From: an uncultured Chloroflexia bacterium
Lineage (GTDB): Bacteria > Chloroflexota > Limnocylindria > Limnocylindrales > CSP1-4
Length of the DNA stretch: 64,000 bases
NCBI GenBank assembly: GCA_963752475.1
Contig: CAVVYR010000006.1
Span: 512,001 to 576,000, forward strand
Reading direction: 5' to 3'
Part shown: in pieces, positions 18,031 to 28,934 of the stretch
Layout: each line of letters starts with the position of its first letter
Position numbering within the stretch: position 1 is the stretch's first letter
Notes under the pieces: generated by a model
Told to the model about the DNA's origin: nothing
Seen by the model: only the letters and a program-made list of their open reading frames with translations
The model's database searches: none
Program-made: the position numbers and the translations under genes

Positions 18031-18789
18031 TTGAAGAAGGTCGTCGTCGGCCTGGGGAACCCCGGGTCCAAGTACGAGAACTCCCGACACAACATCGGCT
18101 GGATGGTGCTCGATCGACTGGCCGACCGCCACGGCGCATCCGGCAAGGGCAAGACCAAGGATGCCGCCGCCACCGCCCGTGGTCGCATCGGCGATGACGA
18201 GCTCATCCTGGTCAAGCCCCTGACCTATATGAACCGCTCGGGCGAGGCCATGCGCAAGGTCATGGCTCGCGAGCGCGCGCCGATGCCGGACGTGCTGGTG
18301 GTCGTCGATGACATGGACCTGCCCTTCGGCAAGCTGCGCATGAAGGCCAAGGGCAGCGCCGGCGGCCACAACGGCCTGCGCTCGATCATCGGCGAGATGG
18401 GCACGGAGGACTTCGCCCGCCTGCGTGTCGGCATCGGCAAGCCCACGAGCGGCGCCATCGGTCACGTGCTGGGCGACTTCGCGCACGCCGAGCAGCAGCA
18501 CCTGGACATGATCCTCGACGCCGCGGCCGACGCGGTCGAGCTGTGGACCGAGAAGGGTCCCGACGTGGTGGCCAACAGGTGGAACGGCTGGAAGCCGCCC
18601 ATCGAGGAGCCACCGAAGCCCAAGGCCGAGACGCAAGAGCCGCAGCAGCAGCCCAGAAGAGCGACCATCCAGCCCGAGGCTGCGCCGGAGGAGCCGAAGC
18701 CTGATGCCGACGGCGTGGTGCGGACGAAGACCGGCTGGCGCAAGCTCCTGCCCGGTATCCTCGGCGGGCGCGGCCAGGACGAGGCGTGA
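18031..18789 (+). CDS. pth: Peptidyl-tRNA hydrolase with a Pro/Glu-rich C-terminal extension
   Basis: VGLGNPG, RHNIG, KPLTYMNRSG and GGHNGLRSI motifs. Confidence 0.95.
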   Translation: MKKVVVGLGNPGSKYENSRHNIGWMVLDRLADRHGASGKGKTKDAAATARGRIGDDELILVKPLTYMNRSGEAMRKVMARERAPMPDVLVVVDDMDLPFGKLRMKAKGSAGGHNGLRSIIGEMGTEDFARLRVGIGKPTSGAIGHVLGDFAHAEQQHLDMILDAAADAVELWTEKGPDVVANRWNGWKPPIEEPPKPKAETQEPQQQPRRATIQPEAAPEEPKPDADGVVRTKTGWRKLLPGILGGRGQDEA

Positions 18790-21700
18790 CCGACGCTATC
18801 CGAAGCACGCGACTTCGCCGCCGTCGCGACGAGACACGGCCCGCGACCGCCGCGCGGCACCGCATCCCGAACCTTTCGCCGCTGACGGCGCTGCTGGCAG
18901 AGAGCGGGCACCTCGATGCCCTTGTCGACGGCTTTCGAAAGGCAGCCAGCGGCCGGGTCGGGCGGGACCTGCGCCACGTCACCTACGCGGCGCTGCCGCA
19001 TGGTGCCAAGACCTACCTTGCGGCCGCCGTGGCCGTGGCCTCGGGGGAGCGGCTGGTGTGGATCGCCCGCGATGCCGAGATCGCCGATCGGGTCGCGGAA
19101 GAGCTTGGCGCCTGGCTCGGCGGCGCCGAGCGGGTGGTGACGCTGCAGGCGCGGACGGCGCTGGCCTATGAGCGCTCCGAACTGGTGCGTGACGAATCGG
19201 CTGCACGGGTCGCGGCACTCGCGGAATGGCGTCGCGAGGGATCGGCGGCGCGCATCCTCGTAGCCAGCCTGCAGGCGCTCTTCCAGCGCACGCTCGCGCC
19301 CGACGACATCCCGTCCGAGCCGTTGCGATTGTCGGTGCGCACGCGACTGGCGATGGACCGCGTGGTCGGCGCGCTCGTCGACCTCGGCTACGAGCACGTG
19401 CCCGAAGTCGGTGGCCGTGGCGAGTTCGCGCGGCGTGGCGGCATCGTCGATGTCTTTCCCGCGGGGCAACCGATGCCCGTACGCATCGAGTGGTTCGGTG
19501 ACGAGATCGACTCGCTACGCGCCTTCGATCCCGCCGATCAGCGCGGGGTCGGATCGGTCGAGGAGGCTGTGCTGCTTCCCGCCTCGGAGTTCCTGCTCGG
19601 TGCGAGTGTCAGGGACGAGCTCGTTGAACGCATGAACCGCACCGTCGAGCGCCTGCCCGAGGGCTTGCAGTCGGACCTTGGGCGCTTCGACTCGGGAGCG
19701 CTGGGCGACGCAGCCGAGCTGTGGGGTGGCTACCTCGCCCCACACACCGCCCTCGACCACCTTGGTCCAGCGATCTGGCTTGTCGATGAGCCAGACGAGG
19801 TCTCGACCGTGGCCGAGTTCCTCCAGACCCAAGCCGAGGAACGGCGCGACGAGCTGGAGCGGGCAGGGGAGCTGCCCGCGCGCTGGGCCACCGCCTACCC
19901 CACGGCCCGCGAGTGGAAGACGGCGTTGCACGAAGCGCGAACGCTGGAGCTGACCTGGGAGTCGGAGATCGAGGGTGCGCCGCCGGGCGGCAACCCCTTC
20001 GGCTGGCATGAGCCGGTGATGCCGCCCGCGCCGATCGGCGACCTCGCCGCCACCGTCCGTCGCTGGCGGAGCCAAGGCGCACGGGTGGTGCTGGCCTCGG
20101 ACCAGTCGGCACGGCTCTCGGAGATCCTCGAGGACGACGACCAGGGCGCCGCACCCCTCGCCGACCTGCACGAGGTGGTCCCGGCTGGCGGGTTCGCGAT
20201 CATCGAACGCAGTCTCAACGGCGGCTTCGCCGGTGGTCCTGACGACCTCGCGTTCATCACCGACCGTGAGCTCTTCGGCTCGGTCCGCGTCCGTCGACCA
20301 CGCGCCATGCGGCGTGTCGTGCCACGCGACCTGCTCGAGCGTCTGGAGCCCGGAGACGTCGTCGTCCACGTCGATCACGGTGTCGCCCGCTACGACGGCC
20401 TCGTCCGACGGGCTGCCGCGGGCAGCGTGGAGGAGCGCGACTACCTTGAGCTGCGCTTCGCCGAGAAGGGCCGCATCTGGGTGCCGGTGGAGCAGATCGA
20501 GCGCGTCTCGCGATACGCGGGTGGCGACCACCCGCAGCTCTCGAAGCTCGGCGGCGGCGAGTGGCAGCGTGCCCGCACGCGGGTCAAGAAGGCCGTCGGC
20601 GATCTCGCCCGTGACCTGCTGCGGCTGTACGCCGATCGGGCCAAGGCCCACGGCCGCTCGTTCGGCGAGGACACCCCCTGGCAGTCGGAGATGGAGGCAG
20701 CCTTCCCCTACGAGGAGACGCCCGACCAGCTACGCGCTGCCATCGACGTCAAGGCCGATCTCGAGAAGGCCTCGCCCATGGACCGGCTCGTCGTGGGCGA
20801 CGTCGGCTACGGCAAGACGGAGGTCGCCCTTCGGGCCGCCTTCAAGGCCATCCAGGCTGGCACCCAGGTGGCGGTGTTGGTGCCCACGACCGTGCTCGCG
20901 GCCCAGCATCTGGTCACCTTCCAGCAGCGTTTCGCGGCCTATCCGGTCACCGTCCGTTCGCTCAGCCGGTTCGTGCCCAGAGCGCGAACAGCAGGACACG
21001 CTCAAGGGACTCGAGGCCGGCACCGTCGACATCGTCATCGGCACGCATCGATTGCTGAGCAAGGACATCGGCTTCCGTGACCTGGGGCTGGTGGTGGTCG
21101 ACGAGGAACAGCGCTTCGGCGTGACCCACAAGGAGCGCCTCAAGCAGCTCAAGACCGAGGTCCACGTGCTCACCTTGAGCGCTACGCCCATCCCGCGCAC
21201 CCTGAACCTTGCGCTCGTGGGTGTGCGCGACATGTCCGTCATCGAAACGCCGCCGGAGGACCGCCTGCCCATCCAGACGCGCGTGGCCGAGGCCTCTGCT
21301 GGCTTGGTGCGCGACGCCATCCTGCGCGAGCTCGACCGCGGCGGGCAGGTCTTCTACGTCCACAACCGCGTCGAGACCATCGATGCCCAGGCCGAGCAGC
21401 TGCGGCGGCTGCTGCCCAGCGCCCGCATCGCAGTCGGCCACGGCCAGATGGCGGAGGGGCAGCTCGAGAAGATCATGCTCGCCTTCGCGTCCGGCGAGTA
21501 CGACGTCCTCGTGTCGACCACCATCATCGAGTCGGGTCTCGACATCCCCAACGCCAACACCATCATCATCGACCGTGCTGACGCCCTTGGCCTGGCCCAG
21601 CTCTACCAGCTTCGGGGTCGCGTCGGCCGCTCCTCGCGCCGGGCCTACGCCTACCTGCTCTACCGGCGCAAGGCGGCCCTGAGCGACATCGCCCGCAAGC

Positions 21701-22389
21701 GTCTGGCGGCTATCTTCAATGCCTCGGAGCTCGGAGCCGGGTTCCAGATCGCGTTGAGCGACCTGGAGATCCGCGGTGCGGGCAACATCCTGGGCGCCGA
21801 GCAGCACGGGTACATGGCGGCCGTCGGCTTCGACCTCTACACGCGCATGCTGGCCGAGGCGGTGGAGGAGGAGAAGGCCAGCGTCGAGGGTCGTGAGCCA
21901 CGTCATGCTCGAACCCAGGCCAAGATCGATCTGCCCATCGAGGCCTACCTGTCTGACGACTACGTACCCGAAGAGCCGCAGAAGCTGGAGCTCTATCGGC
22001 GGCTGGGCCGTGTCGTCAGCGATGACGGGCTCCACGAGATCCGCACGGAGCTGCTCGATCGCTACGGGACCATGCCGGCGCCAGTGGAGCGCCTGTTGGA
22101 GGTCTCGCAGCTGCGCTATCGGGCGGAGGAGGCCGGCCTGTCGTCGGTGGCGCTCGAGAGCGGCCAGGTCGTCCTGCGTTTCGGGCCCGACTGGTCTCGT
22201 GCGGCCACGATGCGGGCTTTGGCACCGCAGTCGGTCGATGACCCCTTGCGGACGTTGCAGGGACGCATCAAGTACGGCAGCAACCAGGTGCGGGTGCGTC
22301 CGCCCGCGGAACAGGAGCGCTCGTGGTCGCTGACGCGGGCCATGGTCGACCGACTGGCGCAGCTCTCGGGCCGAGAGCCACTCGGCTAG
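18786..22389 (+). CDS. mfd: Transcription-repair coupling factor Mfd, frame broken by one extra base near 20979
   Basis: ORF 18786-21080 has the UvrB-like part, VVHVDHG and GDVGYGKT. The second frame has DEEQRFG, SATPIPRT, QLRGRVGR and TRCF. Removing one base gives a 1200-aa protein. Confidence 0.92.
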
Positions 22390-22447
22390 CGCGAACGGGG
22401 AGCAGGGGTGGGATCGGCTGCGCCCAGGACCTCCCTGGGAGCCGAAC

Positions 22448-23491
22448 CTAGCCGCCGGCCGACTCATCCGCGGCGCCTTCCGCTTGTCGTCGCTCCAGGT
22501 GGCGGGCGCCCTCCGCCTCGCGACGGGCTCGTGCCTCCTCCTGGTCCAGGGCGTAGCGCGTGGCGTAGGTGTCGGGTTCCGCCTCGCCCAGGACGATCGC
22601 GGCCGCGACGAAGTCCCGATAGCGAGTCATGGCTGCACCGTAGATCAGGGCCAGGAAGACAAGGCGTAGCCAGACCAGCGCGACGAACACCGAAGCCATC
22701 ACCCCGAAGGCCTGGAATCCGGACACGAGCCACGGGGAGAGCACGCTGTAGAGCAGCGTCATGAGCGCGATGGCGCCGCCGGCCAGTGCGGCAGGCAGCA
22801 GGGCGCTCTGGCGTGCGGGAGGGTTGGAGGGGATGACCCGGTAGGTGCCATAGACGATGCCGCCCGCGATGGCGAACGTGGCCAGGGTGCCGACCACGGC
22901 CAGGATCCACTCGCCGTCCAGCCTCAGGGCTTGAGCCACGACGGTGACGACGCCGGCGAGGATGACCGCGGCCAGGACACCCACGATGATCAGGAAGACC
23001 AGCATGACCCCCAGGACGCGTGCAAGCGCGCCGCTCACCCGCTCACCGGGGAAGAAGCGCTCGATGGCCCGAGTGAGGTTGAGATAGAGGCCGCTGGCGC
23101 CCCAGAGGAAGCCGATGAGGGCGATGGCGCCACCGACGGCCGCCAGCTCGTGGGCACCCTCGACGGCCTCGTCGGTGAAGTCGCTGAAGGCCGGGAAGGC
23201 ATCGTTGATGAGGTCGATGGCCTGCTGGCGGAACTCGGGGCTATCGACAAGCAGGAAGACGCCGGCGATGACCAGGATGAGTGTCGGGATGAGGGCGAAG
23301 AGCGCTGCGTACGAGAGTCCTCCGACGATCAGCCCACCGGCGCTGCTGCGGTACACGACCTGGATGCCGAGGGCGCGCCGGAGAAGCCCATAGCGCGTCA
23401 GCCTCGGCATCAGCCAAGCCTTGAGGCGACCCTTCTTCTTCGCTTCGGGTGCAGCCTCAGCGGTTCCTTCGTCCGTGCCCGGCTCGCTCAT
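22448..23491 (-). CDS. YihY/BrkB-family membrane protein
   Basis: LSYAALFALIP, LWGAS and FG...VALVWL pattern. Confidence 0.8.
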   Translation of the reverse strand: MSEPGTDEGTAEAAPEAKKKGRLKAWLMPRLTRYGLLRRALGIQVVYRSSAGGLIVGGLSYAALFALIPTLILVIAGVFLLVDSPEFRQQAIDLINDAFPAFSDFTDEAVEGAHELAAVGGAIALIGFLWGASGLYLNLTRAIERFFPGERVSGALARVLGVMLVFLIIVGVLAAVILAGVVTVVAQALRLDGEWILAVVGTLATFAIAGGIVYGTYRVIPSNPPARQSALLPAALAGGAIALMTLLYSVLSPWLVSGFQAFGVMASVFVALVWLRLVFLALIYGAAMTRYRDFVAAAIVLGEAEPDTYATRYALDQEEARARREAEGARHLERRQAEGAADESAGG

Positions 23492-23513
23492 CGACGGTGG
23501 CCGTGTGGCGAGC

Positions 23514-24671
23514 TCAACCTGCGGCCGGCGCCTCCAGATCGTCCTTGGAGAAACGCGCGACGTACTCCGGCCGGTAGCGGTCGTAGAGCGTCACCAGCAG
23601 CGTGATGAGGAACACGAAGAAGCCCGTGTTCTGGCCGTCGATGGGGTAGCCCAGCAAGTCGAAGACGAAGAACATCACGATCACGACGACGATGTTCAGC
23701 AGGCCGGTGACCACGAATTGGCGCAGCGCCGGGCCGGGACCGAAGCCCTGCCGTTCGAGCACCAGGCTGAGGGCCGCGTTGCCGAGGACCACGATGCCGA
23801 TGATGACGGCGATGCCGATGGGCTCAGCCTGCACGTTCAGCATGAGGCCGAAGATGATGCCGGTCAGGGCCAGCAGGCCGATCTTCTCGAACAGGCCGGG
23901 CCGCAGGAACGTCTTCGCCATGCGGGCCCGCTCTGCCTCCAGGCGTTCGGTCGGGACCTTGCGGCTCGGCTCGGCGTTGGCGTCGATGGTGAGCGGTCGG
24001 TCGCGTGGTGGAAGCTTGTTCTTCATGACCCAGTACGCCGCGGCGATGAGCAGGACGACGACGATGATGGCGATGACCACGATCCACGGCTTGGCCGCGA
24101 AGGTATCGATCCACGCGGTATCGGCCGGTACACCGAAGATGTCCTCCTTGATGAAGTCCGTCATGTCCAGCTGCGCGACATGCAGCCACCACTCCTGCGG
24201 CAGCTTGATGAAGATCCAGATGAAGGCGGTGGCGCCCACCAGGACCTTCATGTTCATCCGGCGCGGATCCCAGAATAGGCGCACGGACTCGTAGAAGATG
24301 AAGAAGTACTCGAAGGTGTTGGGGAAGATGATGAGCAGCTCGCGCACGCCGGTGATCTCGAACAGGACCACGCCCGCGAGTCGGTAGAAGATGAGGAAGC
24401 GGGCGATGTAGACGGCGGGCTGATTGGTCCAGTTGCGTTGCGTCGTGATGTAGGCGATGACCAGGTAGTAGACATCGAGGGCCTTGTCGTAGCTCTGGTA
24501 GCTGGTCAGGTCGGCGTCAGGCGCTACGGCCTGGAAGATCGACTGGTCGACGCCATCGATGATCAGGCAGGCGAGGATCGCCGGCAGCGGGAACCGAGGG
24601 ATGAGGAGCGGGACGAACAGCCGCGAGAGGACGACGGCCCAGAAGACGAGTTCGGCGCTATTGAGTTCCAT
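23514..24671 (-). CDS. Conserved-looking multi-TM hypothetical protein
   Basis: YQSYDKALDVYY, FPNTFEYFF and KLPQEWWLH segments; GGAG RBS. Confidence 0.75.
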   Translation of the reverse strand: MELNSAELVFWAVVLSRLFVPLLIPRFPLPAILACLIIDGVDQSIFQAVAPDADLTSYQSYDKALDVYYLVIAYITTQRNWTNQPAVYIARFLIFYRLAGVVLFEITGVRELLIIFPNTFEYFFIFYESVRLFWDPRRMNMKVLVGATAFIWIFIKLPQEWWLHVAQLDMTDFIKEDIFGVPADTAWIDTFAAKPWIVVIAIIVVVLLIAAAYWVMKNKLPPRDRPLTIDANAEPSRKVPTERLEAERARMAKTFLRPGLFEKIGLLALTGIIFGLMLNVQAEPIGIAVIIGIVVLGNAALSLVLERQGFGPGPALRQFVVTGLLNIVVVIVMFFVFDLLGYPIDGQNTGFFVFLITLLVTLYDRYRPEYVARFSKDDLEAPAAG

Positions 24672-24679
24672 GGCGTCTC

Positions 24680-25414
24680 CTAGATGCCGACGTTCTGCGG
24701 CAGGCTGAACATGAACCCGACGCCGCCGAGGAAGAAGAGCACGGCCACGAGAAGCATGAAGAGGCGGACGACCCGGCCCTTGAGCTTCGTGCCCACACCG
24801 GCGAAGAACAGGACCGAGGCCATGATCACCGCCGTCAGCACGAAGTTGTCGCCGGTCTGGTTGGCCTCGGCGGACGTGTCGGCGAGCACCTCGGCCTCAG
24901 CGTTCAGGCGGTCGGCCTCGGCCTGTGCCGTGGGTTGGTACTCGGGCATGTCGAAGGGCGTGCCGGGTGGGACTTCGCCCTCCGGCACAGACGAGATCCA
25001 GGACTCGAACGCCGGCTTGAACTCGTCACGGAAGCGAGCTTCGAGGAACGCTGCGCCTCCCTCGTTGTCGTCGGCCTCCTGCTGGAGCCACAGGCTCCAG
25101 ACCTGCAGGTCGACCTGGATCTGGGTCCCGAAGATGCTCGTCTGCTGTGCCGCATCGGTCTTGGCTTCGATGGCGCTGCGCGAGGAGCTCGCCTGCACAC
25201 CACCCCAGCGCGTGGCCTGGTAGGCCGACCAGGCAGCGACGATCGTTGCCAGCGCGAGGATGACGGCCGCGGCCAGCTCGATCCAGTCGGTGCGGTTGAA
25301 GCGCTCCTGGGCGATGACGTCGAGGCGATCGCCCCACGGCAGGACGGCGTCGGAGTCGGGCTCGCCAGCCGCTTCGGGGGCGTGTGGCTGGCTGTCCTGT
25401 GGATCGCTCGTCAC
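24680..25414 (-). CDS. Membrane protein, one N-terminal and two C-terminal TMs (DUF4337-like)
   Basis: GTG 25414 with GGAGG RBS; AWSAYQA..W motif. Confidence 0.7.
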   Translation of the reverse strand: MTSDPQDSQPHAPEAAGEPDSDAVLPWGDRLDVIAQERFNRTDWIELAAAVILALATIVAAWSAYQATRWGGVQASSSRSAIEAKTDAAQQTSIFGTQIQVDLQVWSLWLQQEADDNEGGAAFLEARFRDEFKPAFESWISSVPEGEVPPGTPFDMPEYQPTAQAEADRLNAEAEVLADTSAEANQTGDNFVLTAVIMASVLFFAGVGTKLKGRVVRLFMLLVAVLFFLGGVGFMFSLPQNVGI

Positions 25415-25529
25415 CTGGTCCCTCCGTGTCGCCTCGTCGGCCTGACGCACGATAGCAAACCCGGAGGTGCCCCGACCCATCGGATGGGGGAAACCGCCCT
25501 CCCTCGGCGATGCGCGCTAGAGTCCCATC

Positions 25530-26432
25530 ATGCCCCACCATCCCGAGACCATCGACGGCCTGCAGGCTGCCTTTGCCGAGCGCGACTACGTGGCCGACCG
25601 CGCGCTCGTGACCTCCGTCTTCCTCGGCCTCCAGCTGGGCCGGCCGCTGCTCCTCGAGGGCGAGGCGGGCGTGGGCAAGACCGAGCTGGCCAAGGTCCTG
25701 GCCTCGACGCTCGGGACCCGGCTCATCCGGCTGCAGTGCTACGAAGGCCTCGACGTCAACACCGCGGTCTACGAGTGGAACTACCCGCGCCAGATGCTGG
25801 AGATCCGGCTGCTGGAAGCACAAGGCAAGCTCGGCGACGCGCGCACACACGACATCTTCAGCGAGGAGTTCCTGCTCAAGCGGCCGCTGCTCCAGGCGCT
25901 GGAGGCGGCGGACGGCCAGGCGCCGGTGCTGCTCATCGACGAGATCGACCGCGCCGACGAGGAGTTCGAGGCCTTCCTGCTGGAGCTACTCTCCGACTTC
26001 CAGGTGACCGTGCCGGAGGTGGGCACCGTGCGCGCGGAGCATCCGCCGCGCGTGATCCTCACCTCCAACCGCACGCGCGAGGTCCACGATGCGCTCAAGC
26101 GACGCTGCCTCTATCACTGGATCGACTACCCCGATGCCGCACGCGAGTATGAGATCGTGCTGGCTCGTGTGCCCGACACCCCGGAGCGTCTGGCGGAGGC
26201 CATCGTGACCTTCGTGCAGCGGCTTCGGGCGGGCCAGCTGACCAAGGTGCCGGGCGTGGCCGAGACCATCGACTGGGCTTCCGCCTTGCTGGCGCTCGGC
26301 GCGGGTCGGCTGACCGCGGAGCTCGTCGACGATACGTTGGGCGTGGTGCTCAAGTACGAGGAGGACGTGCAGGCCATCCGTGGCGCCACGGCCGCCCGCT
26401 ACCTGGAGGAGCCGGCGGGTGGCGCCGGCTAG
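25530..26432 (+). CDS. MoxR AAA+ ATPase, CoxD-like
   Basis: GEAGVGKT, QCYEG, LIDEIDRAD and ALKRRC motifs. Confidence 0.9.
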   Translation: MPHHPETIDGLQAAFAERDYVADRALVTSVFLGLQLGRPLLLEGEAGVGKTELAKVLASTLGTRLIRLQCYEGLDVNTAVYEWNYPRQMLEIRLLEAQGKLGDARTHDIFSEEFLLKRPLLQALEAADGQAPVLLIDEIDRADEEFEAFLLELLSDFQVTVPEVGTVRAEHPPRVILTSNRTREVHDALKRRCLYHWIDYPDAAREYEIVLARVPDTPERLAEAIVTFVQRLRAGQLTKVPGVAETIDWASALLALGAGRLTAELVDDTLGVVLKYEEDVQAIRGATAARYLEEPAGGAG

Positions 26433-27747
26433 CAGGACGTCCGCGCCCGATAGCGGTCCCGGGATCTCCGGCAGCGCCTTCTTCTGGAACGCACTGCTGT
26501 TCACGCGTGCCCTGCGCGCCGAAGGCTTGACCACGGACCTCGGTGCCGCCATGGACTACTCGCGGGCGCTGACGCTCATCGACATCGGTGATCGCGAGCA
26601 GGTCCGAGCCGCGGGTTCCTCGATCTTCGTCCGTCGCCGCGACGAGGTCGACATCTATGACGGGGTCTTCGACCGCTTCTGGACCCGCTACGAGCTGGCC
26701 ATCGAGCCGCCCGACTTCGATCTGGAGGTGGATCTCGCGGGCCGGGAGCACGAACAAGGCGCACAGGTCGCGGCCGAGGGCGGAGCTGACGATGGCGACG
26801 TCGCGGCCGGCGCGACCGAGGACGAGGGTGACGCGTCGGAGGCCGATGGCGCCGATCTCAAGGACGAGGACGGCGCTTCCCGGTCCTGGAGTGAGCGCGA
26901 ACGCTTCCTCAGGAAGCCCTTCGACCGCATGAGCCCCGATGAGCTGCGTGATGCCGAGCGGCTCGTGGACCAGGTCCGCCCGCGTCTCGAGCAGCGGCGT
27001 TCCCGGCGCCAGGTGCTCCACCGCCACGGTCGGCTGCTGGCAGCACGGCAGATGTTCCGGGCCAACCTCCAGAACGGCGGCGACCTCGTGCAGTGGCTCT
27101 GGCGTCGGCCGGCCATGCGTCCGCGCTCGATCACCGTCATCTGTGACATCTCCGGCTCGATGGAGCGGCACTCGCGCCTGCTCATGCGTTTCGCCATGGC
27201 CTTGCATCGGATGTCCAACGTGCGCACGGAGGCCTTCGTCTTCGGTACCCACCTGTCGCGCGTGACGCACGAGCTCACGGGTCGCGACCCGGATGTCGCG
27301 CTTGACAAGGTCTCGGCGGCGGTCTCCGACTGGTCCGGTGGTACCCGCATCGGTGCCTCGCTCGAGCAGTTCAACCGCGACTGGGCCCGGCGCACGCTGC
27401 GCTCCAGCGGCGTGGTCATCGTCGTCAGCGACGGTTGGGATCGTGGCGATCCCGCTCTCGTACGTCGCGAGATGGCACGCCTGCAGCGCTCGTGCCACCG
27501 CCTCATCTGGCTCGATCCGCTCGCGGCCACCGAGTACTACCAGCCGCTCGCGGGGGGCATGGCCGCGGCCTACCCGTTCATCGACGACCTGGTCGCGGTG
27601 CACGACCTGGCCTCGCTCTTCCGGCTGGGCGAGCTGTTGGCCGAGATGGCCGAGCATCGCAGCCGCCGGCCCGACCGCAACGGCGTGCCCCGTCTCCACC
27701 GTGATCTGCGGACAGAGGTCGCCCTGCGGCCGGGGGTCGTGGCATGA
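26419..27747 (+). CDS. VWA-domain protein, CoxE-like
   Basis: MIDAS motif DISGSM, WSGGTRIG and SDGWDRGD. GTG 26419 follows GGAGGA. Confidence 0.88.
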   Translation: MAPASRTSAPDSGPGISGSAFFWNALLFTRALRAEGLTTDLGAAMDYSRALTLIDIGDREQVRAAGSSIFVRRRDEVDIYDGVFDRFWTRYELAIEPPDFDLEVDLAGREHEQGAQVAAEGGADDGDVAAGATEDEGDASEADGADLKDEDGASRSWSERERFLRKPFDRMSPDELRDAERLVDQVRPRLEQRRSRRQVLHRHGRLLAARQMFRANLQNGGDLVQWLWRRPAMRPRSITVICDISGSMERHSRLLMRFAMALHRMSNVRTEAFVFGTHLSRVTHELTGRDPDVALDKVSAAVSDWSGGTRIGASLEQFNRDWARRTLRSSGVVIVVSDGWDRGDPALVRREMARLQRSCHRLIWLDPLAATEYYQPLAGGMAAAYPFIDDLVAVHDLASLFRLGELLAEMAEHRSRRPDRNGVPRLHRDLRTEVALRPGVVA

Positions 27748-28850
27748 GGGAACTGCTCCCGACGCTCGACGCCTGGACGGCCCAAGGGCTGGCGGTCGCG
27801 CGCGCGGTGGTGATCCGGACCTTCGGCTCTTCGCCCCGACGCGAGGGGGCGACGATGCTGCGCGCCTCGGACGGACGCATCAGCGGCTCGGTCAGCGGCG
27901 GCTGCGTAGAGGGTGCGACAGCCGAGCACATGGAGGCGGCGGCCGCTTCGGGCCAGCAGCGTGTCGTGCGCTTCGGCATCAGCGATAGCGATGCCTGGGA
28001 TGTGGGCCTCGCGTGCGGCGGCACCATCGATGTGTTGGTGCAGCCGGCGGTGCCGGCCGCCGCCGTCGAGGCCGTTCGCGCCACGCTCGTGGACCGTCAT
28101 GCCGGTCGAGCACTGGTGACGACCTTGCCCCACGACTCCCCCGGTGCGGAGCTCGGCGGCTCCGAGCTGGGCCCGATGGCAGCCCCCTCCGATCCGCTCA
28201 TCGTGCACGAGGACGGCTCGCTCAGCGGCTCGCTGGGTGAGGCGGAAGTAGATGCGTCGGTCGTCACACTCGCGACCGACGCGATCTCGAGTGGCACATC
28301 GATCACGACCGAGTCGGCCGGCCGTCAGTTGTTCATCGAGGCCTTCCCGGTACGCCCGCGCCTGCTGGTCGTGGGTGCGGTCGAGGTGGCCGTCGCGTTG
28401 GTGCGACTGGGTGGCGAGCTGGGCTACGAGACGGTCCTCATCGACGGCCGCCCGGCGTTCGCGACGCGCGAGCGCTTCCCCGATGTCGACCACCTCGTCA
28501 TCGGCTGGCCCGACGAGGTCGCGGATGAGCTGCAGCTCGGTCGCGGTGATGCGGTCGCCGTGCTCAGCCACGATCCCAAGTTCGACGATCCGGCCATCAC
28601 CGTGGCGCTCGAGCGTGAGTGTCGCTATGTCGGCGCCATCGGCTCCCGCAAGACGCAGCGAGCACGCCGGGCGCGACTCGCCGCCGCGGGCCTCGACGAG
28701 GAGCAGCTGGCCCGCCTGCGCGGGCCCATCGGGCTCGACCTCGGGGGTCGGGAGCCGGCTGAGACGGCGCTGGCAATCATGTCCGAGATCGTGGCCGCCC
28801 GGCATGGCGCCAGCGGGGGCTCGCTGGTCGATAAGCCACCCCGCCGCTGA
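27744..28850 (+). CDS. XdhC/CoxF/CoxI molybdenum-cofactor insertion chaperone
   Basis: GSVSGGCVE, GLACGG, YVGAIGS and PIGLDLG...AETA motifs. Confidence 0.9.
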   Translation: MRELLPTLDAWTAQGLAVARAVVIRTFGSSPRREGATMLRASDGRISGSVSGGCVEGATAEHMEAAAASGQQRVVRFGISDSDAWDVGLACGGTIDVLVQPAVPAAAVEAVRATLVDRHAGRALVTTLPHDSPGAELGGSELGPMAAPSDPLIVHEDGSLSGSLGEAEVDASVVTLATDAISSGTSITTESAGRQLFIEAFPVRPRLLVVGAVEVAVALVRLGGELGYETVLIDGRPAFATRERFPDVDHLVIGWPDEVADELQLGRGDAVAVLSHDPKFDDPAITVALERECRYVGAIGSRKTQRARRARLAAAGLDEEQLARLRGPIGLDLGGREPAETALAIMSEIVAARHGASGGSLVDKPPRR

Positions 28851-28934
28851 GCCGAAGTCCGCGTGAGCGGTGCAGGACGTGCGCTAGACTCTGAGTTCCG
28901 CCCACCAACCAGCCCTTTCATGACGGGAGCCACC

